From the NCBI RefSeq assembly GCF_988242995.1, contig NZ_OZ547043.1: a stretch of 64,000 nt of DNA. The stretch is one strand, 5' to 3'. Shown piece after piece: positions 18,044 to 36,111 of the stretch. Under the pieces are notes generated by a model that had not been told where the DNA came from, did not search any database, and saw only the letters and a program-made list of their open reading frames with translations. How positions within the stretch are numbered: position 1 is the stretch's first letter; each line of letters begins with the position of its first letter. The translations under genes were made by a program, and so were the position numbers.

Positions 18044-19102
18044 TTAATTTGCCGCAGCAGTTGCCAGTCGCGCCTTACGCTGCGGTCGAACATACACAAG
18101 CCAGGACGCAGTCCAGACTCCGAGAATCATAAATACAAGGCCAATCCAGCCCTGCCAGGTCATCATTGCAGTCATAACCAGTCCATTACCGATAGAGCAA
18201 CCACCTGCAATACTGGCACCGAAGCCCATCAGTACACCACCTAACCCGCTACGTAATGTTGTTTGTGCATCAGCTGCGCGAACGCGGAACTCACGGCTCG
18301 CTTTGGCTGCAATAAATGACCCCACGAAGATCCCTAACACCAGGAAAACGCCCCAGTTAATGTATTTCACGTCACCCGCGACCAGAAATTGCAGAATATT
18401 GGCCGTTGGGGAAGTGATTCCTAACCCAAACATGCGTCCGGTTGCTTCACTCAGGGGCCAGGCTAAAAGCGCAATCAAACCGATGAGTACAGCAGTGACA
18501 AAGGGATGCCAGCGTTTTTCAAACAGAATATGAGCGATCCCGGTTCGGCGCGGCGGTAAGGTCGCGACTTTGAGTTTTGGCTTCTTCAACTCTTTCATCA
18601 CCACCCAGAGCGTTATCACCAGCAAAACGGCAACCAACGGCCACACAGACAAATTAAAAGTCTCAGCAATAGAGTTATGTTCAGTACTGTAGTGCTGCAA
18701 GGTTTGATTTAAACCACTGGCATGTGGAGAACGCATCACCGCACTCATCACCATATAAGTGAAAAGCGCGATCCAACTGCCGATCAATCCCTCACCCGCG
18801 CGATACCAGGTCCCGGTGGCACATCCACCCGCCAGAACAATTCCCAGCCCGAAGATATACCCACCTATAACAGTACCAAGCCACGGGAACGCCCCGGCTT
18901 CGTAAGTCAGTAGGCCCGCCTGAATTAACGCAAAAACCCCCACGCTTTGTACCGAAATTGCAATCAGCAAGGCGTAAAACATGCGATTATTTTTCACGAT
19001 ATACATATCGCGAAAACCACCTGTCAGGCAAAAACGCCCACGCTGCATGACAAATCCCAGCAGAGCACCACAAATTAGCCCGCTTAATATCATTGAAAAC
19101 AT
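18044..19102 (-). CDS. yeeE: thiosulfate transporter YeeE/TsuA
   Basis: 352-aa multi-pass membrane protein adjacent to yeeD. Confidence 0.85.
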   Translation of the reverse strand: MFSMILSGLICGALLGFVMQRGRFCLTGGFRDMYIVKNNRMFYALLIAISVQSVGVFALIQAGLLTYEAGAFPWLGTVIGGYIFGLGIVLAGGCATGTWYRAGEGLIGSWIALFTYMVMSAVMRSPHASGLNQTLQHYSTEHNSIAETFNLSVWPLVAVLLVITLWVVMKELKKPKLKVATLPPRRTGIAHILFEKRWHPFVTAVLIGLIALLAWPLSEATGRMFGLGITSPTANILQFLVAGDVKYINWGVFLVLGIFVGSFIAAKASREFRVRAADAQTTLRSGLGGVLMGFGASIAGGCSIGNGLVMTAMMTWQGWIGLVFMILGVWTASWLVYVRPQRKARLATAAAN

Positions 19103-19280
19103 AAATTAATTAACCAGATGAATGTTAATGGGGAAATTATTCATGACTGGTGGAATGCAGACCAATAACCAAATTCTCTAAATTAGAACAAATGGTTATT
19201 AATGAGGATTTCGATAAAAAAGAATAAAAAAACCGGAGCCAAATGTTCATTCGACTCCGGTTTATTATTAGAAAAGATGA

Positions 19281-20639
19281 TTATGCTACGTCTTCGTACT
19301 GCGGAACCGGGTTACGGAAACTCTTGGTTACGCAAGCCAGGTAAATCAGACCGATAGCAGCCCAGATCAGACCCAGAACCATTGAGCTTTCTTCCAGGTT
19401 AACCCACAGCGCACCAACGGTCAGCGCACCACACATCGGCAGGAACAGATACTGGAAGTGATCTTTCAGCGTCTTGTTACGCTTCTCACGGATCCAGAAC
19501 TGCGAAATAACCGACAGGTTAACGAAGGTGAACGCCACCAGCGCACCAAAGTTAATCAGCGCCGTAGCCATTACCAGGTCGAAGTTGATTGCCAGCAAGG
19601 CAATCGCGCCAACCAGGATGATGTTCATTGCCGGAGTACGCCATTTCGGGTGTACATAACCGAAGAAGCTTTTCGGGAACACACCGTCACGCCCCATTAC
19701 GTACATCAGACGCGCTACGCCTGCATGCGCCGCCATACCGGACGCCAGTACGGTAATGGTGGAGAAGATCAGCGCGCCAACCTGGAACGCTTTACCCGCA
19801 ACGTACAGCATGATTTCAGGCTGTGACGCATCCGGATCTTTAAAGCGAGAGATATCCGGGAAGTACAGCTGCAGGAAGTAAGTTGCAAAGATGAAGATCA
19901 TGCCGCCAATCAGCGCGGTCAGGAAAATCGCACGCGGGATCACGCGCTCTGCATCTTTGGTTTCTTCCGACAGGTTGCTGATGCCGTCAAAGCCGGTAAA
20001 GGAGAAGCACAGGATTGTCGCCCCGGTAATCATCGGGATAACATGCGCATCGCCAGACCAGAACGGACGAGTGCTCGCCAGCGTACCCGCGCCTTCACCT
20101 TCAAATACGCCATAAACAACCATGCCCAGAATCACCGCGATCAGCACTACCTGCAACACGACGATTACAGTGTTGAAGTTCGCTACGGATTTCAGACTAC
20201 GCAGGTTAAAGGCGGTCATAAAGGCCACCAGCGCCACCACAAACATCCACGATGGGATGGAAGGCACCAGAGCTTCAAAATAGATTTTCGCCAGCAGAAT
20301 GTTGATCATCGGCGCGAACAGATAGTCGAGCAGAGAAGACCAACCCACCATAAAGCCGACAGTCGGGCTAATGGATTTCTGGGCGTAAGTGTATGCAGAG
20401 CCAGCAGAAGGATAGCGGCGAACCAGCTTCCCGTAGCTCAGAGCCGTAAACAGGATCGCAATCAATGCGAACGCATAGGCTGTCGGCACATGACCATCCG
20501 TGAGGCCTGAAACGATACCAAATGTATCAAACAGCGTCATCGGCTGCATATAGGCAAGACCCATCATTACAACCGGAACTAACGTAAGCGTTTTACGCAA
20601 TTCCACGCGAGAGGTGTTTGGAGTAACGTTATGCGACAT
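19281..20639 (-). CDS. plaP: putrescine importer PlaP (YeeF), APC family
   Basis: 452 aa from [17 protein letters not shown]-12 synteny. Confidence 0.85.
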   Translation of the reverse strand: MSHNVTPNTSRVELRKTLTLVPVVMMGLAYMQPMTLFDTFGIVSGLTDGHVPTAYAFALIAILFTALSYGKLVRRYPSAGSAYTYAQKSISPTVGFMVGWSSLLDYLFAPMINILLAKIYFEALVPSIPSWMFVVALVAFMTAFNLRSLKSVANFNTVIVVLQVVLIAVILGMVVYGVFEGEGAGTLASTRPFWSGDAHVIPMITGATILCFSFTGFDGISNLSEETKDAERVIPRAIFLTALIGGMIFIFATYFLQLYFPDISRFKDPDASQPEIMLYVAGKAFQVGALIFSTITVLASGMAAHAGVARLMYVMGRDGVFPKSFFGYVHPKWRTPAMNIILVGAIALLAINFDLVMATALINFGALVAFTFVNLSVISQFWIREKRNKTLKDHFQYLFLPMCGALTVGALWVNLEESSMVLGLIWAAIGLIYLACVTKSFRNPVPQYEDVA

Positions 20640-20905
20640 GGTCATTCTCCTTTACGGTGATAACCGTCGCGTAAGCAAAAAATTGCCCCATTTTTTTGGA
20701 TTCCTCAGCGACAACAACTGTCGATTTTTAGTAAATATCTATCCGGTACGAAGCCCGGCCTCTTGGTATGAATGATTGGTTTGAAGCAAAAAATAACCGA
20801 CGCTGATGAAACGTCGGTTTTTAGTCATTTTTTGACAGCGGCGCATTGTGCCTAAATGGGGGGGAAATGACAAGAGAATGAGAGGCTTGTCATAATAATT
20901 TTTCT

Positions 20906-21835
20906 TTAAATGGCTGATTTTCCGTCATCAGATTTTGCATAAACACCGGCGATCGCACTATTTGCTAAAATTTCATCTCGCCACCAGCCGCTGGCAAGCC
21001 CTGCGGTCTGTTCGTTCCAGCCAATCCAGACGGGTTCAAAGAGAGTTTGGGCGACTACTTTCTTCTCGATTAACGCGCCACTATCGAGAAAACGTTGCGC
21101 CAGATAACGGGGTAAATAGCCGCAGCCAAGGCCGCTAATTTGCAGCTCCAGCTTGGTTTTAAAATCGAAAACGGTAATGGCTTCTTGTTCGTCGAGAAGT
21201 TGTGGGGCCGTAGAAGCGCCGGCCTGCGCAGTGTCCCCCACCACAATCGCCCGATATCGTTTAATGATACGACGGTTTAACGGTTCTTCTTCCAGGGCTA
21301 ACGGATGATGAGGCGCGACCGCAAAGACTTGTTCCAGATCGCCCAACCGCGAGAAACCAAACTCACTGGAAGATGGTGGCTCATGCATCGCGCCAACAAT
21401 AATATCCGCTCGCCCCTGAGTCAGGGCATCCCAGGAACCACCGAGTACGCCATTGATAAACTTCAGGCGCGTCACGCTATGATGTTGATAAAAAGCTTCA
21501 ATCAGTGGCGCAAGCAGAGAAAAAGGAAACGTGTCGTCCACGCCAATCACCAGCTCGTTTTCCCAGCCTTCATGCAGTTTGATCGCCTGCTTTTCCAGTT
21601 CCCGCACGGTATGCAGAACTTCCCGCCCTTTCTCTAATAACATTTTTCCGGTACGGGTGAATTTAGCGCGGTGACCGCTACGATCAAGCAATTGAATATT
21701 AAGGTCGCTTTCCAGCTTGTGAACGGTGTAACTCAGAGCGGACGGCGTCTTATAGAGTTTGGCCGACGCCGCCGCAAAACTGCCTTCTTTTTCTAAGGCA
21801 TCGAGGATCATCAACACATCCAGCAGTGGTTTCAT
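20906..21835 (-). CDS. yeeY: LysR-family transcriptional regulator YeeY
   Basis: 309 aa with N-terminal HTH; K-12 synteny. Confidence 0.85.
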   Translation of the reverse strand: MKPLLDVLMILDALEKEGSFAAASAKLYKTPSALSYTVHKLESDLNIQLLDRSGHRAKFTRTGKMLLEKGREVLHTVRELEKQAIKLHEGWENELVIGVDDTFPFSLLAPLIEAFYQHHSVTRLKFINGVLGGSWDALTQGRADIIVGAMHEPPSSSEFGFSRLGDLEQVFAVAPHHPLALEEEPLNRRIIKRYRAIVVGDTAQAGASTAPQLLDEQEAITVFDFKTKLELQISGLGCGYLPRYLAQRFLDSGALIEKKVVAQTLFEPVWIGWNEQTAGLASGWWRDEILANSAIAGVYAKSDDGKSAI

Positions 21836-21880
21836 ACACGCCCCCTTGCAGTGTATGCGGCGTCCTGCTGGCGTGATCGT

Positions 21881-22705
21881 TTACTCCAGCGGCATTACCA
21901 GCGGATCGGGATACTGGTATTCAAACCCCAGTTCATTACAAATCCGACTGCCATCAATAATCTTACCTTTGCCGCTGTCCAGACTATTTCTGAACTGCGG
22001 AGGTTCCAGCCCCAGTAAACGGGCCATCTGCGGATAGAAAACATTACGCGCAGGGTGAGCTGGCGCACATATATTATAGATGTGTCCGCCTTTAGGTGCC
22101 TGTAACAACAGAGTGATAGCGCCAATAACATCTTCTAAATGGACTAAATTAACACCATGTTCACCATCAGGCGCGGTTTTTCCGGCAAAGAAGCGTCCGG
22201 GATGACGTCCCGGTCCGACCAGGCCCGCAAGACGCAGAATATCGACCGAAGTACCGGGTAAATTGTGCAGCCAGTCTTCGAGTTCTTCTAATACTCGTCC
22301 ACTGTTGGTTACCGGATTACGCGAGGTGGTTTCTTTCACCGTGCCTTGCGCGTCGCCATAGACAGATGTTGAGCTGGTAAAAATAATTCGGGGAATACGA
22401 TGGGCCAGCGCGCTATCCACTAACTCTTGTACCGCTTGTAAATAGAACTCATCGCCGGAGCCGCTACGACGTGCCGGAAGCGTAATGACCAGTGCATCGG
22501 CATCCATCAGGGCATCCAGATCGTCAGAATCGCAAACTAACTCAGGTTCCATGCGAAGCAGATAGCTATCAATGCCACTCATTCGGGCCGCTTCGACACC
22601 ATCTTGTGTGGTTTTACTCCCGGTGACTTGCCAGCCTCGCGCTGAAAGTGACATCGCCAGCGGCATACCTAACCACCCTAACCCGACAATTGCGACCTTT
22701 TTCAT
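21881..22705 (-). CDS. yeeZ: NAD(P)-binding epimerase-like protein YeeZ
   Basis: 274 aa, N-terminal Rossmann motif GLGWLG. Confidence 0.85.
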   Translation of the reverse strand: MKKVAIVGLGWLGMPLAMSLSARGWQVTGSKTTQDGVEAARMSGIDSYLLRMEPELVCDSDDLDALMDADALVITLPARRSGSGDEFYLQAVQELVDSALAHRIPRIIFTSSTSVYGDAQGTVKETTSRNPVTNSGRVLEELEDWLHNLPGTSVDILRLAGLVGPGRHPGRFFAGKTAPDGEHGVNLVHLEDVIGAITLLLQAPKGGHIYNICAPAHPARNVFYPQMARLLGLEPPQFRNSLDSGKGKIIDGSRICNELGFEYQYPDPLVMPLE

Positions 22706-22787
22706 CCGTTATCTCCTGATACACCTTAGATCTATAAGGCTACGCTAGCGTATCAAAACTGACAATTCATTCTATGAATGAATCTGT

Positions 22788-23042
22788 TCAATAATGATAA
22801 CGACATGCTGCAATGAGCAGTGAATCATCAGTAACCGCGTATACCAGACGGTGCTCCTCTGTAATGCGTCGGGACCAGAAACCTGACAAATTATGTTTCA
22901 GGGGTTCTGGTTTCCCCTTACCTTCAAATGGTGTTCTGCGGGTATCTTTGATAAGTTCATTGATCTTTTTAACAATTCGCTTATCTGTTTCCTGCCAGTA
23001 CAGATAATCATCCCATGATTCCTCAGACCAGATTAGTTTCAC
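22788..23042 (-). CDS. yoeB: YoeB toxin (mRNA interferase)
   Basis: 84 aa, [21 protein letters not shown] matches recalled YoeB. Confidence 0.9.
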
Positions 23043-23290
23043 TCAATAATGTCCTTTTCCGTTCCTTTGCCTGATTTCAGGCTATCGATTGAGTCCATCA
23101 ATCTCCGGGCGTTAGCGGGGGAACGCAGTAGATAAGCCGTCTCTTCCAGCGAGTTGTATTCTTCGAGTGACATCAGAACACAAGCCTCTCCATTCTGACG
23201 AGTAATGAGGATCGGGGCATGATCTTCAACGGCTTTCATCATTGTTGCCGACAAATTCTGACGCGCTTCGCTGTAACTAATTGTACGCAT
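23039..23290 (-). CDS. yefM: YefM antitoxin
   Basis: 83 aa, [41 protein letters not shown]; overlaps yoeB by 4 nt. Confidence 0.9.
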
Positions 23291-23304
23291 GTCAATCTCC
23301 TCTT

Positions 23305-23324
23305 TTGTACAGCTTATTGTACAA
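23305..23324 (-). promoter_or_regulatory. yefM-yoeB operator (TGTACA repeats)
   Basis: Two TGTACA hexamers 12 bp apart directly upstream of yefM. Confidence 0.55.
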
Positions 23325-23573
23325 TGATAGACGTTGATTCACTATTTATTAATTAGTTTGTAGATCAAGACATTGTCAGTGAGACGAAAAATCCAGGCTT
23401 CGCTATTTTGGGTACCGTCAGGTTAGAGGACAGTCCTCTTAGCGCCCTCCTTTCCCCGCTCATTCATTAAACAAATCCATCGCCATAAAATATATAAAAA
23501 AGCCCTTGCTTTCTAACGTGAAAGTGGTTTAGGTTAAAAGACATCAGTTGAATAAACATTCACAGAGACTTTT

Positions 23574-23624
23574 ATGACACGCGTTCAATTTAAACACCAC
23601 CATCATCACCATCATCCTGACTAG
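23574..23624 (+). CDS. hisL: his operon leader peptide
   Basis: MTRVQFKHHHHHHHPD with seven consecutive His codons. Confidence 0.95.
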   Translation: MTRVQFKHHHHHHHPD

Positions 23625-23688
23625 TCTTTCAGGCGATGTGTGCTGGAAGACATTCAGATCTTCCAGTGGTGCATGAACGCATGAGAGA

Positions 23689-23724
23689 GCCCCCGGAAGA
23701 TCACCTTCCGGGGGCTTTTTTATT
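23689..23724 (+). terminator. his attenuator terminator
   Basis: GC-rich hairpin GCCCCCGGAAG/CTTCCGGGGGC followed by TTTTTTATT. Confidence 0.9.
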
Positions 23725-23769
23725 GCGCGGTTGATAACGGTTCAGACAGGTTTAAAGAGGAATAAGAAA

Positions 23770-24669
23770 ATGACAGACAACACTCGTTTACGCATAGCTA
23801 TGCAGAAATCCGGCCGTTTAAGTGATGACTCACGCGAATTGCTGGCGCGCTGTGGCATTAAAATCAATCTTCACACCCAGCGCCTGATCGCGATGGCAGA
23901 AAACATGCCGATTGATATTCTGCGCGTGCGTGACGACGACATTCCCGGTCTGGTAATGGACGGCGTGGTAGACCTTGGAATTATCGGCGAAAACGTGCTG
24001 GAAGAAGAACTGCTTAACCGCCGCGCCCAGGGTGAAGATCCGCGCTACTTTACCCTGCGTCGACTGGATTTCGGCGGCTGCCGCCTTTCGCTGGCAACGC
24101 CGGTTGATGAAGCCTGGGACGGCCCGCTCTCCTTAAATGGTAAACGTATCGCCACCTCTTATCCTCACCTGCTCAAGCGTTATCTCGACCAGAAAGGCAT
24201 CTCTTTTAAATCCTGCTTACTGAACGGTTCTGTTGAAGTCGCCCCGCGTGCCGGACTGGCGGATGCGATTTGCGATCTGGTTTCCACCGGTGCCACGCTG
24301 GAAGCTAACGGCCTGCGCGAAGTCGAAGTTATCTACCGCTCGAAAGCCTGCCTGATCCAGCGCGATGGCGAAATGGAAGAATCCAAACAGCAACTAATCG
24401 ACAAACTGCTGACCCGTATTCAGGGTGTGATCCAGGCGCGCGAATCAAAATACATCATGATGCACGCACCGACCGAACGTCTGGATGAAGTCATCGCCCT
24501 GCTGCCAGGTGCCGAACGCCCAACCATTCTGCCGCTGGCGGGTGACCAACAACGCGTAGCGATGCACATGGTCAGTAGCGAAACCCTGTTCTGGGAAACG
24601 ATGGAAAAACTGAAAGCGCTGGGTGCCAGTTCAATCCTGGTCCTGCCGATTGAGAAGATGATGGAGTGA
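23770..24669 (+). CDS. hisG: ATP phosphoribosyltransferase
   Basis: 299 aa from [15 protein letters not shown]. Confidence 0.95.
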
Positions 24670-24674
24670 TCGCC

Positions 24675-27045
<2,371 letters not shown>

Positions 27046-27046
<1 letters not shown>

Positions 27047-28112
27047 TGAGTCAGAAGTATCTTTTTATCGATCGCGATGGAACCCTGATTAGCGAACCGC
27101 CGAGTGATTTTCAGGTGGACCGTTTTGATAAACTCGCCTTTGAACCGGGCGTGATCCCGGAACTGCTGAAGCTGCAAAAAGCGGGCTACAAGCTGGTGAT
27201 GATCACTAATCAGGATGGTCTGGGAACACAAAGTTTCCCACAGGCGGATTTCGATGGCCCGCACAACCTGATGATGCAGATCTTCACCTCGCAAGGCGTA
27301 CAGTTTGATGAAGTGCTGATTTGTCCGCACCTGCCCGCCGATGAGTGCGACTGCCGTAAGCCGAAAGTAAAACTGGTGGAACGTTATCTGGCTGAGCAAG
27401 CGATGGATCGCGCTAACAGTTATGTGATTGGCGATCGCGCGACCGACATTCAACTGGCGGAAAACATGGGCATTAATGGTTTACGCTACGACCGCGAAAC
27501 CCTGAACTGGCCGATGATTGGCGAGCAACTCACTAAACGAGACCGTTACGCCCATGTAGTGCGCAACACCAAAGAGACGCAAATTGATGTCCAGGTGTGG
27601 CTGGATCGCGAAGGTGGCAGCAAGATTAACACCGGTGTTGGCTTCTTTGATCACATGCTGGATCAGATCGCCACCCACGGCGGTTTCCGCATGGAAGTCA
27701 ACGTCAAAGGCGACCTCTATATCGACGATCACCACACCGTCGAAGATACCGGCCTGGCGCTGGGCGAAGCGTTAAAAATTGCCCTCGGCGATAAACGCGG
27801 TATTTGCCGCTTTGGTTTTGTGCTGCCGATGGACGAATGCCTTGCCCGCTGTGCACTGGATATCTCTGGTCGCCCGCACCTGGAATATAAAGCCGAATTT
27901 ACCTACCAGCGCGTGGGCGATCTCAGCACCGAAATGATCGAGCACTTCTTCCGTTCGCTCTCATACACCATGGGCGTGACGTTGCACCTGAAAACCAAAG
28001 GTAAAAACGATCATCACCGTGTAGAGAGTCTCTTTAAAGCCTTTGGTCGCACCCTGCGCCAGGCCATCCGCGTGGAAGGCGACACCCTGCCCTCGTCGAA
28101 AGGAGTGCTGTA

Positions 28113-28113
<1 letters not shown>
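27046..28113 (+). CDS. hisB: bifunctional histidinol-phosphatase / imidazoleglycerol-phosphate dehydratase
   Basis: 355 aa from [14 protein letters not shown]. Confidence 0.95.
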
Positions 28114-30191
<2,078 letters not shown>

Positions 30192-30198
<7 letters not shown>

Positions 30199-30803
30199 CA
30201 GAACAACAATGTCGCGAACTGGACTGGGAAAAAACCGACGGACTGATGCCGGTGATTGTGCAACACGCGGTATCCGGCGAAGTGTTAATGCTGGGCTATA
30301 TGAACCCGGAAGCCTTAGACAAAACCATCGAAAGCGGCAAAGTCACCTTCTTCTCGCGCACTAAACAGCGACTGTGGACCAAAGGCGAAACGTCGGGCAA
30401 TTTCCTCAACGTAGTAAATATTACGCCGGACTGCGACAACGACACGTTACTGTTGCTGGCGAATCCCATCGGCCCGACCTGCCACAAAGGCACCAGCAGC
30501 TGCTTCGGCGACACCGCTCACCAGTGGCTGTTCCTGTATCAACTGGAACAACTGCTCGCCGAACGTAAATCTGCCGATCCGGAAACCTCCTACACCGCCA
30601 AACTGTATGCCAGCGGCACCAAGCGCATTGCGCAGAAAGTGGGCGAAGAAGGCGTGGAAACTGCGCTGGCAGCAACGGTACATGACCGCTTTGAACTCAC
30701 CAACGAGGCGTCTGACTTGATGTATCACCTGCTGGTGCTGTTGCAGGATCAGGGGCTGGATTTAACGACGGTAATTGAGAACCTGCGTAAACGGCATCAG
30801 TGA
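30192..30803 (+). CDS. hisI: bifunctional phosphoribosyl-AMP cyclohydrolase / phosphoribosyl-ATP pyrophosphatase
   Basis: 203 aa from [12 protein letters not shown]. Confidence 0.95.
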
Positions 30804-30925
30804 GTTGCGGGGTAAGCGGATGCGATATTGTTGTCGCATCCGGAGCCATAGCCCGATGCGCAAGCTTATCGGGCCGACTATTCTCTCTGCACACGTAAGC
30901 TGGATACATCGCATCCGGCAAAAAA
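30804..30925. repeat. REP-like palindromic units downstream of hisI
   Basis: Imperfect palindromes of the GCGGATGCG...CGCATCCGG type. Confidence 0.5.
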
Positions 30926-30928
30926 AAC

Positions 30929-30958
30929 GGGCAAGGTGTCACCACCCTGCCCGTTTTC
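30929..30958. terminator. bidirectional terminator between hisI and wzzB
   Basis: Hairpin GGGCAAGGTG/CACCCTGCCC flanked by an A-run upstream and T-run downstream. Confidence 0.7.
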
Positions 30959-30974
30959 TTTAAAGCTGCAAAGA

Positions 30975-31955
30975 TTATTTCGCGTTGTAATTACGCAGCG
31001 CATTACGCCCCAGCACAATCCCCGCGCCAACCATGCCGCCCAGCAGCACCGCCAGAATCAAGGTAATTGCCTTTTTCGGGCTATCGCGACGAATAGGTAA
31101 CATCGGTTTCATCACATAACGGTAAGCATGAATATCAAGATCATCAACCTTTAAGCTTTCGATATCCAGCAGGTTTTGACGAGTCTGATAGTAGTTTGGC
31201 GAGAACACCAACGGACGGGTCGCCTCATGCTTAATCATCGACTCCAGCGCTTCGCTCCCCAAAAGGAACAACGTATCTTGTGTCACATCTTCAGTCTGCT
31301 GAACTTGTGGCTTTGTCACCTGCGCCTGATTCGCATACTGCAACGCTTCCTGAATCTGACGGATACGCAGATCTTTCTGCTCCTGCGCGACCACTTCCTG
31401 GGTTTTCAGAGAGTCCTGCAAGTTTTTCATACGCAGCGCGATGTTATCTTTCAGGTCTTTTTCCAGTTCTTCATTGACCTGGTCGTCAACTTGCTGGATA
31501 TACTTCGCCAGCTGTTTCTGCGCACCTTCAGGTGTTTCACCCACATAAGAAACCGCTAACGGTAATGACTGATTTTTAACGGTAGGCTCAATGGTCAGCT
31601 TTTCTGCTTCTTCCTGGTTATCCAGCGTTTCCGCTAATGCTGAGAATGCAGTGCTGTAACGTCCGATAAGTGAAGCCTGAATGTCGGAGACTTTCGGTAC
31701 AGCTGATCCGTAGATCACATTCATCGCGTTGGTATAACCAGCGATTTGCCCCACATCAGGTTGAGTAACGATAGCTGTGGAAGTCCACTTTTCTTTGGCA
31801 ACGGCCAGATACCCTATAGCCAGGGCAATAGCCACAATGACAGAAATGATGATAGTCATCTTGCCGCGCCATAGTTGGACCAGTAAATCAATCAAATCAA
31901 TCTGTTCCGGGTCATGGTTTTGCCCAGAAACATTATTATTTTCTACTCTCATCAT
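30975..31955 (-). CDS. wzzB: O-antigen chain length determinant Wzz
   Basis: 326 aa from MRVENNNVSGQNHDPEQ; two TM segments. Confidence 0.9.
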   Translation of the reverse strand: MMRVENNNVSGQNHDPEQIDLIDLLVQLWRGKMTIIISVIVAIALAIGYLAVAKEKWTSTAIVTQPDVGQIAGYTNAMNVIYGSAVPKVSDIQASLIGRYSTAFSALAETLDNQEEAEKLTIEPTVKNQSLPLAVSYVGETPEGAQKQLAKYIQQVDDQVNEELEKDLKDNIALRMKNLQDSLKTQEVVAQEQKDLRIRQIQEALQYANQAQVTKPQVQQTEDVTQDTLFLLGSEALESMIKHEATRPLVFSPNYYQTRQNLLDIESLKVDDLDIHAYRYVMKPMLPIRRDSPKKAITLILAVLLGGMVGAGIVLGRNALRNYNAK

Positions 31956-32098
31956 TACCCTAACGGACGAAATAATTTTAAGTCGCCATAGTTTAGCGAT
32001 AATCGCCATGAATGCTATAGGATAAATGATAAAAATAATGAATTATTACAAAGGGAACATAAGAGAATCAGGGCGAAAATCGCCCTGATAACAAGATG

Positions 32099-33274
<1,176 letters not shown>

Positions 33275-33513
33275 TCAGAATTAACTTAACTGTGAATCAT
33301 GATGTTTTTAGCATCCTGATAAGAGTTAAAAGTTTTAACGCTACGTCGATAGCTGGTCAACGCAACGAAAAACAATTCAGATTTTCTTTATAAGAATAGC
33401 TGATATTTATTAAGTTAATATTAAGCAGTGAAATTTAGTCTATAAGATAATTGGCAAAAAAAAGCCCGATGCAATATACGCCGGGCTTCAATTTTATTGT
33501 TGGTTAAATCAGA

Positions 33514-34920
33514 TTAATCCAGCCATTCAGTATGGAACACACCTTCTTTATCAGTACGCTTATAGGTATGCGCACCAAAGTAGTCACGTTGAGCCTGGAT
33601 CAGGTTAGCCGGCAATACGGCTGCACGGTAGCTGTCGTAGTAGGCAACGGCAGCAGAGAAGGTCGGTACCGGGATGCCATTTTGAACCGCGTAAGCAACA
33701 ACATCACGTAACGCCTGCTGATACTCATCAGCGATATTCTTGAAGTACGGATCCAGCAGCAGGTTAGCAATACCCGCATTCTTCGCGTAGGCATCGGTGA
33801 TCTTCTGCAGGAACTGCGCACGAATAATGCAGCCGGCACGGAAAATCTTCGCGATCTCACCGTAATTCAGATCCCAGTGGTACTCGTCAGACGCTGCGCG
33901 CAACTGAGAGAAACCTTGTGCATAGGAAACAATTTTACCGAGATACAGCGCACGGCGTACTTTCTCAATAAACTCAACTTTGTCACCCGCAGGGTGCGCT
34001 TTCGGACCAGTCAGGACCTTAGAGGCAGCAACGCGCTGATCTTTCAGTGAGGAGATGTAACGCGCAAAGACCGATTCAGTAATCAGCGACAGCGGTTCAC
34101 CGAGATCCAAAGAGCTCTGGCTGGTCCACTTACCGGTACCTTTGTTAGCCGCTTCGTCCAGAATGACATCAACAAGGTATTTACCCTCTTCATCTTTTTT
34201 GGTGAAGATGTCTTTTGTGATGTCAATCAGGTAGCTGCTCAACTCACCGTTGTTCCACTCAGTAAAGGTACTGGCCAGCTCTTCATTAGAGAGGTTCAGG
34301 CCGCCTTTCAGCAGAGAATAGGCCTCAGCGATAAGTTGCATGTCACCATATTCAATACCGTTGTGAACCATCTTCACATAGTGGCCTGCACCATCCGCAC
34401 CGATGTAAGTCACGCAAGGCTCGCCATCTTCAGCAACTGCGGCGATCTTAGTCAAAATCGGCGCAACCAGCTCGTAGGCTTCTTTCTGACCGCCCGGCAT
34501 GATAGAAGGCCCTTTCAGCGCCCCCTCTTCACCACCGGAAACGCCGGTGCCAATGAAGTTGAAACCTTCAGCGGAAAGTTCGCGGTTACGACGAATGGTG
34601 TCCTGGAAGAAAGTATTGCCACCATCAATAATGATGTCGCCTTTATCCAGATACGGTTTCAGAGAATCAATGGCTGCATCGGTACCCGCGCCTGCTTTCA
34701 CCATTAACAGGATACGACGAGGCGTTTCGAGGGATTCAACGAACTCTTTCACCGTGTAGTAAGGCACCAGTTTCTTGCCCGGGTTCTCGGCAATCACTTC
34801 TTCGGTCTTTTCACGGGAGCGGTTGAACACGGAGACGGTATAACCACGGCTCTCGATGTTGAGCGCCAGGTTGCGCCCCATCACTGCCATGCCGACGACG
34901 CCGATCTGTTGCTTGGACAT
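33514..34920 (-). CDS. gnd: 6-phosphogluconate dehydrogenase (decarboxylating)
   Basis: 468 aa, [21 protein letters not shown]. Confidence 0.95.
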   Translation of the reverse strand: MSKQQIGVVGMAVMGRNLALNIESRGYTVSVFNRSREKTEEVIAENPGKKLVPYYTVKEFVESLETPRRILLMVKAGAGTDAAIDSLKPYLDKGDIIIDGGNTFFQDTIRRNRELSAEGFNFIGTGVSGGEEGALKGPSIMPGGQKEAYELVAPILTKIAAVAEDGEPCVTYIGADGAGHYVKMVHNGIEYGDMQLIAEAYSLLKGGLNLSNEELASTFTEWNNGELSSYLIDITKDIFTKKDEEGKYLVDVILDEAANKGTGKWTSQSSLDLGEPLSLITESVFARYISSLKDQRVAASKVLTGPKAHPAGDKVEFIEKVRRALYLGKIVSYAQGFSQLRAASDEYHWDLNYGEIAKIFRAGCIIRAQFLQKITDAYAKNAGIANLLLDPYFKNIADEYQQALRDVVAYAVQNGIPVPTFSAAVAYYDSYRAAVLPANLIQAQRDYFGAHTYKRTDKEGVFHTEWLD

Positions 34921-35100
34921 TACATACTCCTGTCAGGTGTGGTCACCGCGCGACGTATGCGCGGCTTGAATGTATAGCAAATGTTAACCTATGTCCGTTT
35001 GAAAAAAAACGAAAATCAATTTAACGAATGTCGGAAATAGGTAACCAGTTGCTGTTTCATAACATATGCTGCGCTCCGATAAATACTTATTCTCTGTTAT

Positions 35101-35967
35101 TCACTTTCCAATTAATTGAAATAAATATTGACCATACTGTGTTTTCTCCATAATCCTGGCCTCAGTCAGGACCTGCTCCGCAGTCAGCCATTTATTGCGC
35201 AAAGCTATTTCTTCTAAGCAAGCAACTTTATATCCTTGACGCTTTTCGATAGTATGAACAAATTGAGAAGCTTCAATAAGGCTATCATGTGTTCCCGTAT
35301 CCAACCAAGCGAACCCCCTTCCCAAGAGTTCTACATTAAGCATATCCCGCTCAAGATACATTTTATTTATTGAAGTGATTTCAAGCTCACCACGAGGAGA
35401 TGGTTTAACTTGCTTTGCAAAATCCACCACCTGATTATCATAGAAATAGAGTCCAGTTATGGCCCAATTAGATTTTGGTGTTTGTGGCTTCTCTTCGACA
35501 GAGAGCACCTTAAATGATTCGTCAAATTCTACAATGCCAAATCGTTCAGGATCCATAACCTGATAGCCAAAAACTGTAGCTCCTCTTTTTCTGGAAGCCA
35601 CCTGTTCCAGTTTGCGACCGAAACTTTGACCGAAGAAAATATTATCCCCTAAAACCAGGGCACATTCATCACCAGCGATGAACTCTTCACCAATAATAAA
35701 AGCCTGCGCCAACCCATCAGGACTTGGTTGAATAGCATATTGAAGGTTAATTCCAAACCGGGATCCGTCTCCTAGCAGGCGTTTATACGATGATAAGTCC
35801 TCGGGAGTAGAAATAAGAAGTATATCTTTTATCCCTGCCAGCATTAATACTGAAATAGGGTAATATACCATTGGCTTATCATAAATAGGTAGGAGCTGTT
35901 TTGATACCCCTCGAGTAATCGGATAAAGTCGGGTACCAGAACCTCCCGCTAATATAATTCCTTTCAT
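35101..35967 (-). CDS. rmlA: glucose-1-phosphate thymidylyltransferase
   Basis: 288 aa, [16 protein letters not shown] motif; high identity to recalled RfbA. Confidence 0.9.
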   Translation of the reverse strand: MKGIILAGGSGTRLYPITRGVSKQLLPIYDKPMVYYPISVLMLAGIKDILLISTPEDLSSYKRLLGDGSRFGINLQYAIQPSPDGLAQAFIIGEEFIAGDECALVLGDNIFFGQSFGRKLEQVASRKRGATVFGYQVMDPERFGIVEFDESFKVLSVEEKPQTPKSNWAITGLYFYDNQVVDFAKQVKPSPRGELEITSINKMYLERDMLNVELLGRGFAWLDTGTHDSLIEASQFVHTIEKRQGYKVACLEEIALRNKWLTAEQVLTEARIMEKTQYGQYLFQLIGK

Positions 35968-36111
35968 TGCTTACCTTCTCTATATAATCTTCAAATATTA
36001 TCGCATTAACTTTTAAGTAAATTTTAAAAATGCAGTGCAATAAACATTCAGTTTAAATAAGCTTGACATTAGAAATATCTCCAGCTTATTTACTTGTATT
36101 AAATGTCACAT

